From contig JBBDQP010000058.1 in assembly GCA_040905965.1 (NCBI GenBank), positions 24,344-88,343 on the forward strand: 64,000 bases of DNA. Direction: 5' to 3'. The position numbers were made by a program, and so were the translations under genes. The notes beneath the pieces were generated by a model. That model had not been told where the DNA came from and made no database searches. It saw only the letters and a list, made by a program, of their open reading frames with translations. Numbering within the stretch: position 1 is the stretch's first letter; each line of letters opens with the position of its first letter. This document shows, in pieces, positions 1 to 9,698 of this stretch. Source of the stretch: Acidimicrobiia bacterium. GTDB lineage: Bacteria > Actinomycetota > Acidimicrobiia > Spongiisociales > ZC4RG35.

Positions 1-23
1 TACATGCCTGACGAGCAGTACTC

Positions 24-551
24 TCACCAGTCGTCGCCAGATCGCGGCTCGCAGGCGATCCGGGCGGTCAGGTCCACCGGTGCGGTGGTAGCCAACACCA
101 TGATGCTGTCGTCGTCGTCCGGGGTGGGGACCAGGGTCCCGTCGGGATAGCGGACCGCACTCGGCCCCCGCCACCGCTCCCACCCGAGCCGCTCGTAGAA
201 ATGGTGCTCCCCGGTGCCGAGGCAGCCCAGGTCGTAGGTCTCCCGGATCCAGTACCCCGTCAAACTCACGACATCCGTCCCGTGACCGAGTCCCTGGGAC
301 TCCGGATCGGTGGCGACAGCTTCCACGTACCCGGTGCGATACGGGACATCCCCCACCCAGATCGTCCGTTCCGCTACCGAGGCGTGGGACACCACCCGGC
401 CGTCGTCCACGACGACGAAGTGACGTCCGCCCAGGGCGTGCTCCCAGTCCTCGGGGTCGAAATCGCCGTCGAACGCACGCAGACAGAGTTCGTGGGCCTG
501 CTGCAGAAACGATTCGGGTGCGTCGGGAGTCTCGAAGACCCTGACGGTCAC
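24..551 (-). CDS. GNAT-family aminoglycoside 2'-N-acetyltransferase-like protein (AAC(2')-I family)
   Basis: 175 aa. Its conserved blocks (GDF..DWEHALGG.H..V, GYVE.VA) have the same layout as mycobacterial AAC(2')-Ic, recognised by eye and not searched. Confidence 0.6.
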   Translation of the reverse strand: MTVRVFETPDAPESFLQQAHELCLRAFDGDFDPEDWEHALGGRHFVVVDDGRVVSHASVAERTIWVGDVPYRTGYVEAVATDPESQGLGHGTDVVSLTGYWIRETYDLGCLGTGEHHFYERLGWERWRGPSAVRYPDGTLVPTPDDDDSIMVLATTAPVDLTARIACEPRSGDDW

Positions 552-1429
552 GACGCCTCAGCTTCTCGCACCGCCGATTCGATCGCTCGGCCGACCGCCT
601 CGAACGCCGCCTCGGCCACCACGTGACGTGGCACCTCAACGTCCCCGCAACTCACGGCGAAACAGGTGTCGCCGTCGAAGCGGGTGTGGGCCGGCCGCAG
701 GCAAGCGGCAAGCGCATCCTGACCGCGGACGGCGAGACGGGTGAGATCGGACCGGTTGAATCGGGCGTCGGTCGCCACGACCACCAGAGTCGTGTTCTGA
801 CCCCACTCCGGCTCGAAGGCGGGAGCCCCCGATACGTGGGGTCCGCCGGTCAGCGGCTCGCCCTCAAGTGTGAAGACATCACCCATCGCGTTGAGGACGA
901 CCAGTGCGCCGACGGTGGCACCCGCCCGGGTGGCAACGGCTGAGCCGATTCCGGCGGGGACTGGCTGCATCCGCCACTTCCCTACCGACGTTCCGGTTCC
1001 CGCCCCCACCCGACCGAGGTGGACCGGGTCCGAACTTCGACTTCGATACGCAGCGGCCCCCTGCTGGGGTCCGGGCCGGACCGAGGCGTCGCCTTCCATC
1101 AAATCGAAGACCACGGCCGTCGGAACGATCGGCACCGGTCCAGCCGGCGTCTCATGTCCCCGACCATCGACCTCCAGTTCCCGCATCACGCCGTCGGCAG
1201 CAGCGAGACCGAAGGCACTCCCCCCGGTGAGGAGGACGGCGTGGCATTGCTCGACAGCCATTCCCGGTTCGAGCAGTGCGGTTTCGCGCGAGCCCGGGGC
1301 GGCTCCGCGAGTTTCGGCGGTGACCACGTTCGGTTCGGGGAGGGTGACCACGGTGCATCCGGTGCGCGCCACGGGGTCGGTCCAATGTCCGACCTCGATT
1401 CCCGGGATGGCGGTGATCGTCGTGTTCAC
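548..1429 (-). CDS. P1 family peptidase (DmpA/L-aminopeptidase-like, S58)
   Basis: The ORF frame runs to 1561, but its Arg-rich N-terminus overlaps the SDR gene. A GTG at 1429 overlaps the SDR stop (GTGA). Conserved 'NTTITAIPGIEVGHWTD' and a Gly/Thr-rich DmpA-type core. Confidence 0.6.
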   Translation of the reverse strand: MNTTITAIPGIEVGHWTDPVARTGCTVVTLPEPNVVTAETRGAAPGSRETALLEPGMAVEQCHAVLLTGGSAFGLAAADGVMRELEVDGRGHETPAGPVPIVPTAVVFDLMEGDASVRPGPQQGAAAYRSRSSDPVHLGRVGAGTGTSVGKWRMQPVPAGIGSAVATRAGATVGALVVLNAMGDVFTLEGEPLTGGPHVSGAPAFEPEWGQNTTLVVVATDARFNRSDLTRLAVRGQDALAACLRPAHTRFDGDTCFAVSCGDVEVPRHVVAEAAFEAVGRAIESAVREAEAS

Positions 1430-2217
1430 AGCGGTGGGGTGAAGCGGCCGTCGATCGCCAACCACCCGCCGTCGACGACGAGCAGCGACGCCGTCACGAA
1501 CGACGCCGCGTCGGAGGCGAGATAGACGATGGGACCCGCCATCTCGATCGGTTGTGCCCAACGCCCGAGGGCGCCCTTCTGGGCATACGCCTCGTACCAG
1601 GCAGGGTCGTTCTTGATCTGTTGGGTGAGCGGGGTTTCCACGACCCCCGGCGCGAGCGCATTGGCGCGGACTCCGGACGGGCCGAGTTCGGCTGCCAGGG
1701 CGCGGATCATCTGCAACACTCCGGCCTTCGTCGCCGCGTACACCCCCTGGCCCGGTTCCACGACCTGGGCCCGGATCGAGGAAACGACGACGATCGACCC
1801 TCCCCCACCGTCCGCCATGATCCGTCCCGATCTCGTCACGACGTTGAATGTTCCTTCGAGATTGACCGAGACGACCCGGCGGAACTCTTCCTCGGTCAGG
1901 TCGAGAAGACGTTTGCGGACGTTGATGGCGGGCGTCGTGACCAGGACGTCATGCGAGCCGACCCGATCGAAGAACTCGCCGACCGAAGCGGAATCGGCCA
2001 CATCGACCGTGTCTGCCGTCGCAGAGCCGCCCGCGTCACGGATCTCGGCGGCAACGTCGGCCGCGGCGGTCGCAGCGAGATCTGCACACACGACTTCGGC
2101 CCCGTGGGCAGCGAGACCAAGGGCGCCGGCGCGGCCGATGCCGCTCCCTGCCCCAATCACGACGGCGCGCCTACCCGAGAGGTCGAAGAGCGCGCGGTAG
2201 GTATCGAATCCGGACAC
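1426..2217 (-). CDS. SDR family NAD(P)-dependent oxidoreductase
   Basis: N-terminal Rossmann motif (VVIGAGSGIGRA) and a YxxxK catalytic motif (YAATKAGV). 263 aa. Confidence 0.8.
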   Translation of the reverse strand: MSGFDTYRALFDLSGRRAVVIGAGSGIGRAGALGLAAHGAEVVCADLAATAAADVAAEIRDAGGSATADTVDVADSASVGEFFDRVGSHDVLVTTPAINVRKRLLDLTEEEFRRVVSVNLEGTFNVVTRSGRIMADGGGGSIVVVSSIRAQVVEPGQGVYAATKAGVLQMIRALAAELGPSGVRANALAPGVVETPLTQQIKNDPAWYEAYAQKGALGRWAQPIEMAGPIVYLASDAASFVTASLLVVDGGWLAIDGRFTPPL

Positions 2218-2237
2218 GACGGTCAGACTAGAACCGG

Positions 2238-2651
2238 TCAGCGAACGGTGACAGCGTCCTCGGGTAGCCCGTCCTTGCCCGCCCGATCGACCACCTCACG
2301 CCCGAAAGGTGCGAGGGCGAGGCGTGTCATCTTGAAGTTGGCGATTCCCATCGGGATACCGATGATCGTGAGGCAGAGCAGGATTCCGGTGAGGATGTGC
2401 GCCAGCGCCAGCCACCATCCGGCCAGCACCACCCACAGCAGGTTGCCGATCACGGCAAGCACACCAGGGGTCTTCGTCCGCACGACCGCCTTGCCGAATG
2501 GCCACAGTGCGAACCCGGCCAACTTGAACGCCTGGATACCGAACGGTATGCCGACGATCGTGACCATCAGGAGTAGTCCGGCGATCACGTAGGCAACCGC
2601 CAACTCGATCCCCGCCACGACCAGCCAGATCAGATTCAGAATCACACCCAT
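2238..2651 (-). CDS. YccF-domain inner membrane protein (DUF307)
   Basis: Two repeated hydrophobic YccF-like halves (..IWLVVAG..GIPFGIQAFKLA.. / ..LWVVLAGWW..GIPMGIANFKM..). Start taken at the internal Met (MGVILN), since the N-terminal 20 aa look like an extension. Confidence 0.65.
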   Translation of the reverse strand: MGVILNLIWLVVAGIELAVAYVIAGLLLMVTIVGIPFGIQAFKLAGFALWPFGKAVVRTKTPGVLAVIGNLLWVVLAGWWLALAHILTGILLCLTIIGIPMGIANFKMTRLALAPFGREVVDRAGKDGLPEDAVTVR

Positions 2652-2794
2652 GATCGAAAGGTTAGGTGAGGGCCAGCCAAATGCGCTGGCTGCCCCCCTC
2701 GCCCGGCCCAAAGCGACCGTGCGGTCCCCCCAACGTCGCTCCGCTCCTGGGGGGACTTACTCGCTGCGCTCACTCCGTGCTATCAACCAGCCGT

Positions 2795-3730
2795 ATGTAC
2801 GTTGTCCGCCGGCTCGGGGTCTTCCTGTTCTCGGTGGTGGTGGCGTCGGGACTCGTGTTCTCGGTGATGTCGATCCTTCCGGGAGATCCGGCGCAGGTGA
2901 TGCTCGGCACGCAGGCAACGCCGGAATCGGTGGCGGCGTTGCGCACCGAACTCGGCCTCGACCGTCCGATACCGATCCAATACCTCGACTGGCTGAGCGG
3001 GGTGGTCCGTGGCGACTTGGGTACGTCGATCTTCTCCGGTCAAGACATCGCCGCCCAGATTGCCTCCCGCCTGCAAGTGACGATGCCGCTGGCGGTGATG
3101 GCGATGACAATGACGATCCTGCTGGCGTTCCCGGCCGGGGTGTACGCCGCCTCCCGTCACCGGCACCTGGGTGACACCGTGGTGACCACCCTCAGCCAGG
3201 TCGGGCTTGCGATCCCGGCGTTCTGGGCGGGACTGATCCTCGTCACCGTCTTCGCCGTTGGTCGCGGGTGGTTTCCTGCGAACGGTTTCCCGGGTTGGAA
3301 CTCGGCGGGCGAAGGCCTGCGCGCCCTCTTCCTCCCGGCCCTGTCTCTCGCCATCGTGCAGGGGGCGATCATCACCCGTTACGTACGCGCTGCGGTGCTC
3401 GACACGATGCGAGAGGACTACATCCGCACCGCCCGCGCCAAAGGTTTGAGCCGCTCCGCCGCGCTGTGGCGCCACGGGCTGCGCAACGCCGCCATCCCGG
3501 TGCTGACGATCCTCGGGCTCCAGTTCGCTGCCCTGCTGGCCGGCACCGTCGTGATCGAAACTGTCTTCGTCCTCCCTGGGCTCGGATCGATGCTGCTGCA
3601 GGCGATCACCCGCCGCGACCTGCTGCTCGTCCAGGGCGGCGCCTTTGTGATCGTGGCGTTCATCCTGACGATCAACCTGCTGGTCGACCTGACCTACCGC
3701 TTCGTCGACCCTCGGGTGGCCAGGCGATGA
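2795..3730 (+). CDS. dppB: ABC transporter permease (peptide/nickel, DppB/OppB family)
   Basis: N-terminal 'MYVVRRLGVFLF...ILPGDPAQVMLG', typical of DppB, with multi-TM and EAA-like motifs. Start chosen at the internal Met at 2795. Confidence 0.8.
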   Translation: MYVVRRLGVFLFSVVVASGLVFSVMSILPGDPAQVMLGTQATPESVAALRTELGLDRPIPIQYLDWLSGVVRGDLGTSIFSGQDIAAQIASRLQVTMPLAVMAMTMTILLAFPAGVYAASRHRHLGDTVVTTLSQVGLAIPAFWAGLILVTVFAVGRGWFPANGFPGWNSAGEGLRALFLPALSLAIVQGAIITRYVRAAVLDTMREDYIRTARAKGLSRSAALWRHGLRNAAIPVLTILGLQFAALLAGTVVIETVFVLPGLGSMLLQAITRRDLLLVQGGAFVIVAFILTINLLVDLTYRFVDPRVARR

Positions 3731-4551
3731 GATGGAAACGAGTGAACCTGGTGGTGGGGGCGGCGATCGTCGCCCTGGTGATCGTGACCGCGCTGGTGTC
3801 CTTCGTGTGGACCCCGTACGACCCGCAGCAGATCTCGTCGACGGAACGACTGCTCGGTGTCGGCGAGAACGGCCATGTGCTGGGGACCGACCAGTTCGGC
3901 CGGGACGTCCTCTCCCAGATCATGGTCGGCTCCCAGACCGCCCTCTTCGTCGGTGTCCTGGCCGTCGGTATCGCGGTGGTCATCGGGATTCCACTGGGCG
4001 GACTCGCCGCCGCCCGCCGCGGGTGGACAGAGGAGGGAGTCATGCGTCTGTCCGACGTGATCTACGCGTTCCCACCGGTACTGCTTGCCATCCTGTTGGT
4101 GGCCGCGGTCTCCCCCGGGGTCGGACCGGCGATGGTCGCCATCGGCATCGCCTACGTCCCGATCGTCGCCCGGGTCACCCGTGGTGCCGCCCTCAGCGTG
4201 TTCGAACTCGACTACGTGGCCGCTGCACGCACCTACGGCCGACGAAAGACCTACATCTTCGTTCGCCACGTTCTCCCGAACATCGCCTCGGTGCTGATCG
4301 TGCAGGTGACGGTGCTCTTCGCCCTCGCCATCCTCGCCGAAGCTGCCCTGTCCTTCCTGGGGATCGGGGCCCAGCCGCCCCGTCCCTCGTGGGGTCGGAG
4401 CCTGCGCGATGCCCAGACCTTCATCCAACTGTCCCCCCGACTGGCAGTGTGGCCCGGGCTGGCGATCGCCTTCACCGTGCTGGGGTTCAACCTGCTGGGT
4501 GACGGACTGCGCGACGCGCTCGACCCCCGACTGGAGGTGCGGCGCACATGA
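3727..4551 (+). CDS. dppC: ABC transporter permease (DppC/OppC family)
   Basis: 'MRWKRVNLVVGAAIV...' multi-TM permease. The ATG at 3727 overlaps the dppB stop (ATGA). Confidence 0.8.
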   Translation: MRWKRVNLVVGAAIVALVIVTALVSFVWTPYDPQQISSTERLLGVGENGHVLGTDQFGRDVLSQIMVGSQTALFVGVLAVGIAVVIGIPLGGLAAARRGWTEEGVMRLSDVIYAFPPVLLAILLVAAVSPGVGPAMVAIGIAYVPIVARVTRGAALSVFELDYVAAARTYGRRKTYIFVRHVLPNIASVLIVQVTVLFALAILAEAALSFLGIGAQPPRPSWGRSLRDAQTFIQLSPRLAVWPGLAIAFTVLGFNLLGDGLRDALDPRLEVRRT

Positions 4552-6152
4552 CCTTGCTCACGGTCGACGGCCTGACGATCACGACCGCATCCGGTCAAGC
4601 GCTCGTCGACGACGTCTCGTTCGCCATCGAGCGGGGCGGCCGAACCGGGCTGATCGGAGAATCGGGATCAGGCAAAACCCTCACCGCGTTGGCGATCATG
4701 GGACTACTCCCCGAAGGGCTAGAGGTGTCCGGCTCGATCACACTCGACGGGGAAGAACTCGTCGGACGGTCAGATCGCGCTCTCACTGTCCACCGGGGCA
4801 ACTCGATGTCGATGATCTTCCAGGAGCCGATGACGGCGATGAATGCCGTCATGCGGGTGGGGCGGCAGGTGTCCGAACCGCTCCGCATCCACCGGGACAT
4901 GTCGGATTCCGACGCCGACGCCGAAGCGGTGGCGCTGCTGGAGGCGGTCGGAATCGACCGACCGGAGCAGAGAGCCGGTGCCTATCCGCACGAGCTGTCC
5001 GGCGGACAGCGGCAGCGGGCGATGATCGCGATGGCCCTGGCGTGCGGCCCTGCGCTGGTGATCGCCGACGAGCCCACCACTGCCCTCGATGTGACCGTCC
5101 AGGCCCAGGTTCTGTCGGTGTTGCGTTCCCGGCTCGCCGCCACCGACGCTGCACTCCTTCTCATCACCCACGACCTGCCGGTGGTGGCGGGGATCACCCA
5201 CGATCTGTTGGTCATCGAAGGAGGCAAGATCGCCGACCGGGGCGGCACCCGTGAGCTGTTCGACACACCGGTTCACCCGGTCACCCGCAGACTGGTAGAG
5301 GCGGTTCCGCCGATGAGCCGCAGCGGCGAGGTACCGACCAAGGCCCACACTCCGTCGGTCGAAGACGTCATCATCTCAGCCCGCCAACTCACTCGGACCT
5401 ACACCCTGCGTCGACGACGACTACGAGAACCCGGCCCAGTGATCCGGGCGGTGGACGGCGTGAGTCTCGACATCCACCGCGGCGAGACGTTCGGAATCGT
5501 CGGCGAATCGGGATCGGGGAAGACCACCCTCGCCCGCATACTCATCGGCCTCAATCGACCAGACCGCGGGTCGATCACGGTGGACGGTGTCGACCTGACA
5601 GCCACCAAGGACCTGCGACCGCTTCGCCACATCGCCCAGATGGTGTTCCAGGACCCAATGGGCAGCCTCGACCCGCGGATGAGAATCGGCGACATCGTGG
5701 CCGAGCCGCTTCGCTCTCTGAAGATCGGCGGGGACCACGAAACCAGGGTCAGGGAACTCCTGGAAGCAGTGTCACTCCCGTCAGACACCGCTGACCGCTA
5801 CCCGCACGAGTTCTCTGGCGGGCAGCGCCAGCGCATCGCCATCGCCCGTGCCCTCGCCCCGGATCCGAAGATCCTCGTCGCCGACGAGCCGGTGAGTGCG
5901 CTGGACATGTCAGTCCAAACGGTCACCCTTGACCTGCTCGCCAGGCTCAAAGAAGACTTCGACCTCACGATGATCTTCATCAGCCACGACCTGTCGGTCG
6001 TTCATCGGATCTGTGACCGGGTGCTCGTAATGGAGTCGGGCCGTGCGGTGGAGACCGGACCGGCCGACGACGTCTTTCGCACTCCGGACCATGAGCACAC
6101 CCGCCAACTGGTTGCATCGATCCCGCGACTGGACGGAACGGTCAGTGCCTGA
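4548..6152 (+). CDS. ABC transporter ATP-binding protein, fused double-ATPase (DppD/DppF-like)
   Basis: Two Walker A motifs (GESGSGKT x2) and two signature motifs (LSGGQRQR x2). 534 aa. The ATG overlaps the dppC stop. Confidence 0.9.
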   Translation: MTLLTVDGLTITTASGQALVDDVSFAIERGGRTGLIGESGSGKTLTALAIMGLLPEGLEVSGSITLDGEELVGRSDRALTVHRGNSMSMIFQEPMTAMNAVMRVGRQVSEPLRIHRDMSDSDADAEAVALLEAVGIDRPEQRAGAYPHELSGGQRQRAMIAMALACGPALVIADEPTTALDVTVQAQVLSVLRSRLAATDAALLLITHDLPVVAGITHDLLVIEGGKIADRGGTRELFDTPVHPVTRRLVEAVPPMSRSGEVPTKAHTPSVEDVIISARQLTRTYTLRRRRLREPGPVIRAVDGVSLDIHRGETFGIVGESGSGKTTLARILIGLNRPDRGSITVDGVDLTATKDLRPLRHIAQMVFQDPMGSLDPRMRIGDIVAEPLRSLKIGGDHETRVRELLEAVSLPSDTADRYPHEFSGGQRQRIAIARALAPDPKILVADEPVSALDMSVQTVTLDLLARLKEDFDLTMIFISHDLSVVHRICDRVLVMESGRAVETGPADDVFRTPDHEHTRQLVASIPRLDGTVSA

Positions 6153-6194
6153 CATCACCTCTACGATGCCCTGATCCTGAGGACGGAGCGCAAG

Positions 6195-7694
6195 GTGACA
6201 CGACGAATGACTATCGCGGTGGTGGCGCTGACCCTGGTCGCTGCCGCCTGTAACGGATCGGACGGCGGGCAACTGCCCCCTTCGGCCCAACCGGATGCCG
6301 TGATCGGACTCCAACTCGAACCACCGACGCTCGATCTGACGTCGAGCCCGGCAGCCGCCATTCCCCAGGTGCTGCTGTACAACGTCTACGAGGGCCTGGT
6401 GAAGCTGGAAGCGGACGGATCGATCAGCGGCCTCCTCACCGAGTCGTGGGAAGTGAGCGACGACGGCCTCACGTACACCTTCGAGCTTCGCGAGGGTGTG
6501 TCTTTCCACAACGGAGACGAGGTCGACGCGGACGATGTCGTGTTCTCGCTGACGAACGTCATCACCAAGGAACCGCCCCATCCCTTCGCAGGGACGTTTG
6601 ACCCGATCGCAGCCGTGCGGGCGGTGGACTCGATGACCGTGGAGATCACCCTCGAGCAGGTGAGCGCCAACCTCCTCTTCTACTTGACCCAGGGGCAGGG
6701 TGTCATCCTCAACGAGGCAGCAATCGCCACTATCGAGAACGAGCCAATCGGCACGGGGCCGTTCCGGTTCTCCTCCTGGACCGTCGGCGACTCGATCATG
6801 TTGGAACGGAATCCCGAATATTGGGGTGAGGCAGCTCCGCTGCAGACGGTCACGTTCCGCTACATCAACGACCCCAACGCGCTCAACAACGCCATGCTGG
6901 CGGGCGACCTGGACATCATTGCTGGCGTCTCAGCTCCGGAACTGCTGTCTGCCTTCGAATCCGACGACCGCTTCCAGGTGCTGCAGGGGCTCACGAACGG
7001 TGAAGTCACTCTGTCCCTCAACGGACGGAACTTCCCCCTCGACGACGTGCGAGTCCGCCAGGCGATCACCCACGCCATCGACCGCCAGGCCGTCGTCGAC
7101 CTGGCGTATGCCGGCTACGGCACGGTCATCGGCACCTTCTCGACCCCGCTCGACCCCTGGTACCGGGATCTGACCGACGTCTATCCCTACGACCCGGACC
7201 GTGCCCGAGAGCTCCTGGCGGAGGCCGGGGTATCGGATGTGACCCTCCGGATGGTGCTGCCGCCGGTCTCGTACGCCACCCGATCTGGCGAGATCATCGC
7301 CAGCCAGCTCGCCGAGGTCGGCATCAACGTCGAGATCAACAATGTCGAGTGGGGCGTGTGGCTGGAAGACGTGTTCACCAATTACGACTACGACATGTCG
7401 ATCGTCGCCCACGTGGAGCCACGGGACGTCTTCCAATACGGGAATCCGGAGTACTACTGGGGCAACGACAGCCTGCAGGTGGCATCGATCATCGGGCAGG
7501 CCGACTCCGAACCGGACGAAGCCACCCGCAACGAACTGTACGCGTCAGTCCTGGAGGAGATCACCGCGGTGGCCGCAGACAACTGGCTGTTCGTGCTCCC
7601 GGCATTGTCGGTGACCGAACAGGGCGTGACCGGGTACGAAGCCGACCTGCCCGGCCTGTCACTCGATGTGACCAGGCTCGCCATCAACCCGTGA
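6195..7694 (+). CDS. ABC transporter substrate-binding lipoprotein (family 5, peptide/nickel)
   Basis: Signal peptide with lipobox (LVAAAC), size and family-5 SBP-like sequence. Follows the permease and ATPase genes. Confidence 0.8.
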   Translation: MTRRMTIAVVALTLVAAACNGSDGGQLPPSAQPDAVIGLQLEPPTLDLTSSPAAAIPQVLLYNVYEGLVKLEADGSISGLLTESWEVSDDGLTYTFELREGVSFHNGDEVDADDVVFSLTNVITKEPPHPFAGTFDPIAAVRAVDSMTVEITLEQVSANLLFYLTQGQGVILNEAAIATIENEPIGTGPFRFSSWTVGDSIMLERNPEYWGEAAPLQTVTFRYINDPNALNNAMLAGDLDIIAGVSAPELLSAFESDDRFQVLQGLTNGEVTLSLNGRNFPLDDVRVRQAITHAIDRQAVVDLAYAGYGTVIGTFSTPLDPWYRDLTDVYPYDPDRARELLAEAGVSDVTLRMVLPPVSYATRSGEIIASQLAEVGINVEINNVEWGVWLEDVFTNYDYDMSIVAHVEPRDVFQYGNPEYYWGNDSLQVASIIGQADSEPDEATRNELYASVLEEITAVAADNWLFVLPALSVTEQGVTGYEADLPGLSLDVTRLAINP

Positions 7695-8869
7695 AGCCCG
7701 CCATCGACCGGGTCGGCCTGGTCGAGTTCACCCGCCGGCTGGTACGCATTCCCAGTGTGAACCAGCCGGGCCAGGGTGAGACACCGGTGGTGACGGCGGT
7801 GGTCGAACTCGCTCGCTCGTGGGGGTGGGACCCGGTGGTCGACGAGGTCGCTCCCGGCCGACCCAACTGCATCATTCGCCTGGAAGGAGGACTCCCGGGC
7901 AGAACGCTGCTGTTCGAGGGCCACACCGACGTCGTGACCCCGGGCGACCCCGAGGAGTGGTCGCGCGACCCGTTCGGCGCAGACCTGGTGGACGGCCGGA
8001 TCTGGGGTCGGGGTTCGGCGGACATGAAGGGTGGCCTGGCGGCCATGCTGTTCGCTGCCCGTGCCATCGAAGAAGCCGGACCGTTCCCCGGCACGATCGT
8101 GCTCGGAGTCCTGTGTGACGAGGAAGAAATGATGATCGGGGTGCATGACTTCGTCCGCCGCGGTCACGCACGGGGGATCGACGGGGCGATCGTCTGCGAG
8201 CCGGAGGCAGGAGAGATCTGCATCACCCAGAAGGGTGCGATCCGGCTACGGATCGACCTCGAAGGCAGCATGGCGCACGGTGCCATGCCGCATCAGGCTC
8301 GTAACCCGATCCCCGCAGTACTGGACCTGATCACCGAGGTCCGTGAGATCGAAGCCGACTACCAACGCCACCCCGGAGACCATCCCACCCTGGGCCTGAC
8401 CTATCTCACCCCCACCCACGTCACTGCCGGATCACTCCCCCAGATGAACGTCATCCCTTCGACCGCGTTGTTGACCCTCGACGTGCGCACGGTGCCCGGC
8501 GTGGACCATCTTGACCTGCTGGCAAAAGTGGGCGAAGCAGCCGACCGTGTCGCCTCCGCCACCGGAGTCGAGATCACCCCCACCGTCCTCGTGGATCGAC
8601 CGCCCACCTCCATCGACCCGGATCATCCACTGGTTCAGGCAGTGGATGCCGCCCACCGCGAGGTGACCGGATCCGAACCGGTGTACGGCGGTGTGCCGGG
8701 AACCACCGACGGCACGATCCTGTGGCGCGACGCCGGTTTGCCTGTCGTGGTCTACGGGCCCGGCGGCAAGTGGATCGCCCACCAGGCTGACGAGTACGTC
8801 GAAATCGACGACCTCGTCCGCCACGTCGAGGTGTACGTGTCTGCCGCTCTCCGTTTCCTGTCAGTTTGA
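7691..8869 (+). CDS. M20 family metallopeptidase (ArgE/DapE/succinyl-diaminopimelate desuccinylase-like)
   Basis: 'HTDVV' and 'GRGSADMKGG' metal-binding motifs. The GTG start at 7691 overlaps the SBP stop (GTGA). The upstream part of the ORF frame (7349-7690) is a shadow of the SBP gene. Confidence 0.8.
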   Translation: MKPAIDRVGLVEFTRRLVRIPSVNQPGQGETPVVTAVVELARSWGWDPVVDEVAPGRPNCIIRLEGGLPGRTLLFEGHTDVVTPGDPEEWSRDPFGADLVDGRIWGRGSADMKGGLAAMLFAARAIEEAGPFPGTIVLGVLCDEEEMMIGVHDFVRRGHARGIDGAIVCEPEAGEICITQKGAIRLRIDLEGSMAHGAMPHQARNPIPAVLDLITEVREIEADYQRHPGDHPTLGLTYLTPTHVTAGSLPQMNVIPSTALLTLDVRTVPGVDHLDLLAKVGEAADRVASATGVEITPTVLVDRPPTSIDPDHPLVQAVDAAHREVTGSEPVYGGVPGTTDGTILWRDAGLPVVVYGPGGKWIAHQADEYVEIDDLVRHVEVYVSAALRFLSV

Positions 8870-8891
8870 GGGTCTCGTAAGGTTCTGCCTC

Positions 8892-9698
8892 GTGCGCAAG
8901 CTGTCGGACATCACCCACATCGGGCGGATCATCGATCTCCGGCTGGCATCCAACCGGGCGGCGCTGCTCATTCCGACAGGGGCGGCCCTGGTGCTGTACG
9001 GCTTGGACACCTCCGACATCCGCCGGGCAATCGCCGGAGCCATGGGATCGGTGGCGGCGTGGATGCTGGCCCGGGAACTCGATCCGGATCGACCCCATGC
9101 CGCCACCATCGCCGCATTCTTGGCCCCGGCGTCGACCCTGGTCCTCGGCGCTCCCGCTCCGGCCGCGTTGTTCTTGACGTTGTTCACCGCCCGCATCCTC
9201 GCCCGCACCACCGGACTGCCTCCCCGCACCACCGACTACGCCGGAGTCGGACTGGGCGCAGTGGTATTCGCCGACACTCCGTGGGGCTGGGCGGTGGGCA
9301 TCCTGCTGGCCTTCGCCATGGTGCGCGACGTCGCCCTGCCGGGCGATCCCCCGATGAATGCCGGCTTGTGGGGAGCGGTATTGGCGATCGGAGTGACCCT
9401 GCGCGCCGCCTTTGGAGACCGTCTGGGCGACTGGACCGCGCCCGACGTGACCTCGCTCGGGTTCATCTTGTTTGGACTGGTCGGTGCAGCGGTCGTCGTG
9501 CAACCGATACCGGTTCTCTCGTTGGGAGATTGGACCCGAATGCCGCTCGAGCCGCGCCGGGTCCGAGAGGCGGCGGTGTTCACAGTGCTCACCGCGGCCC
9601 TGGCGGTCCTTGCCGGCGGTCAGGCGGGCGTGGTGGCGGTCGCCCCGCTGCTCATGACCTTCGCGGCGGTGGCCATGACCCGGATCGCTTCGCGCTGA
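8892..9698 (+). CDS. hypothetical polytopic membrane protein
   Basis: 268 aa with 6-8 hydrophobic segments. GTG start at 8892. No recognisable motif. Confidence 0.45.
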   Translation: MRKLSDITHIGRIIDLRLASNRAALLIPTGAALVLYGLDTSDIRRAIAGAMGSVAAWMLARELDPDRPHAATIAAFLAPASTLVLGAPAPAALFLTLFTARILARTTGLPPRTTDYAGVGLGAVVFADTPWGWAVGILLAFAMVRDVALPGDPPMNAGLWGAVLAIGVTLRAAFGDRLGDWTAPDVTSLGFILFGLVGAAVVVQPIPVLSLGDWTRMPLEPRRVREAAVFTVLTAALAVLAGGQAGVVAVAPLLMTFAAVAMTRIASR

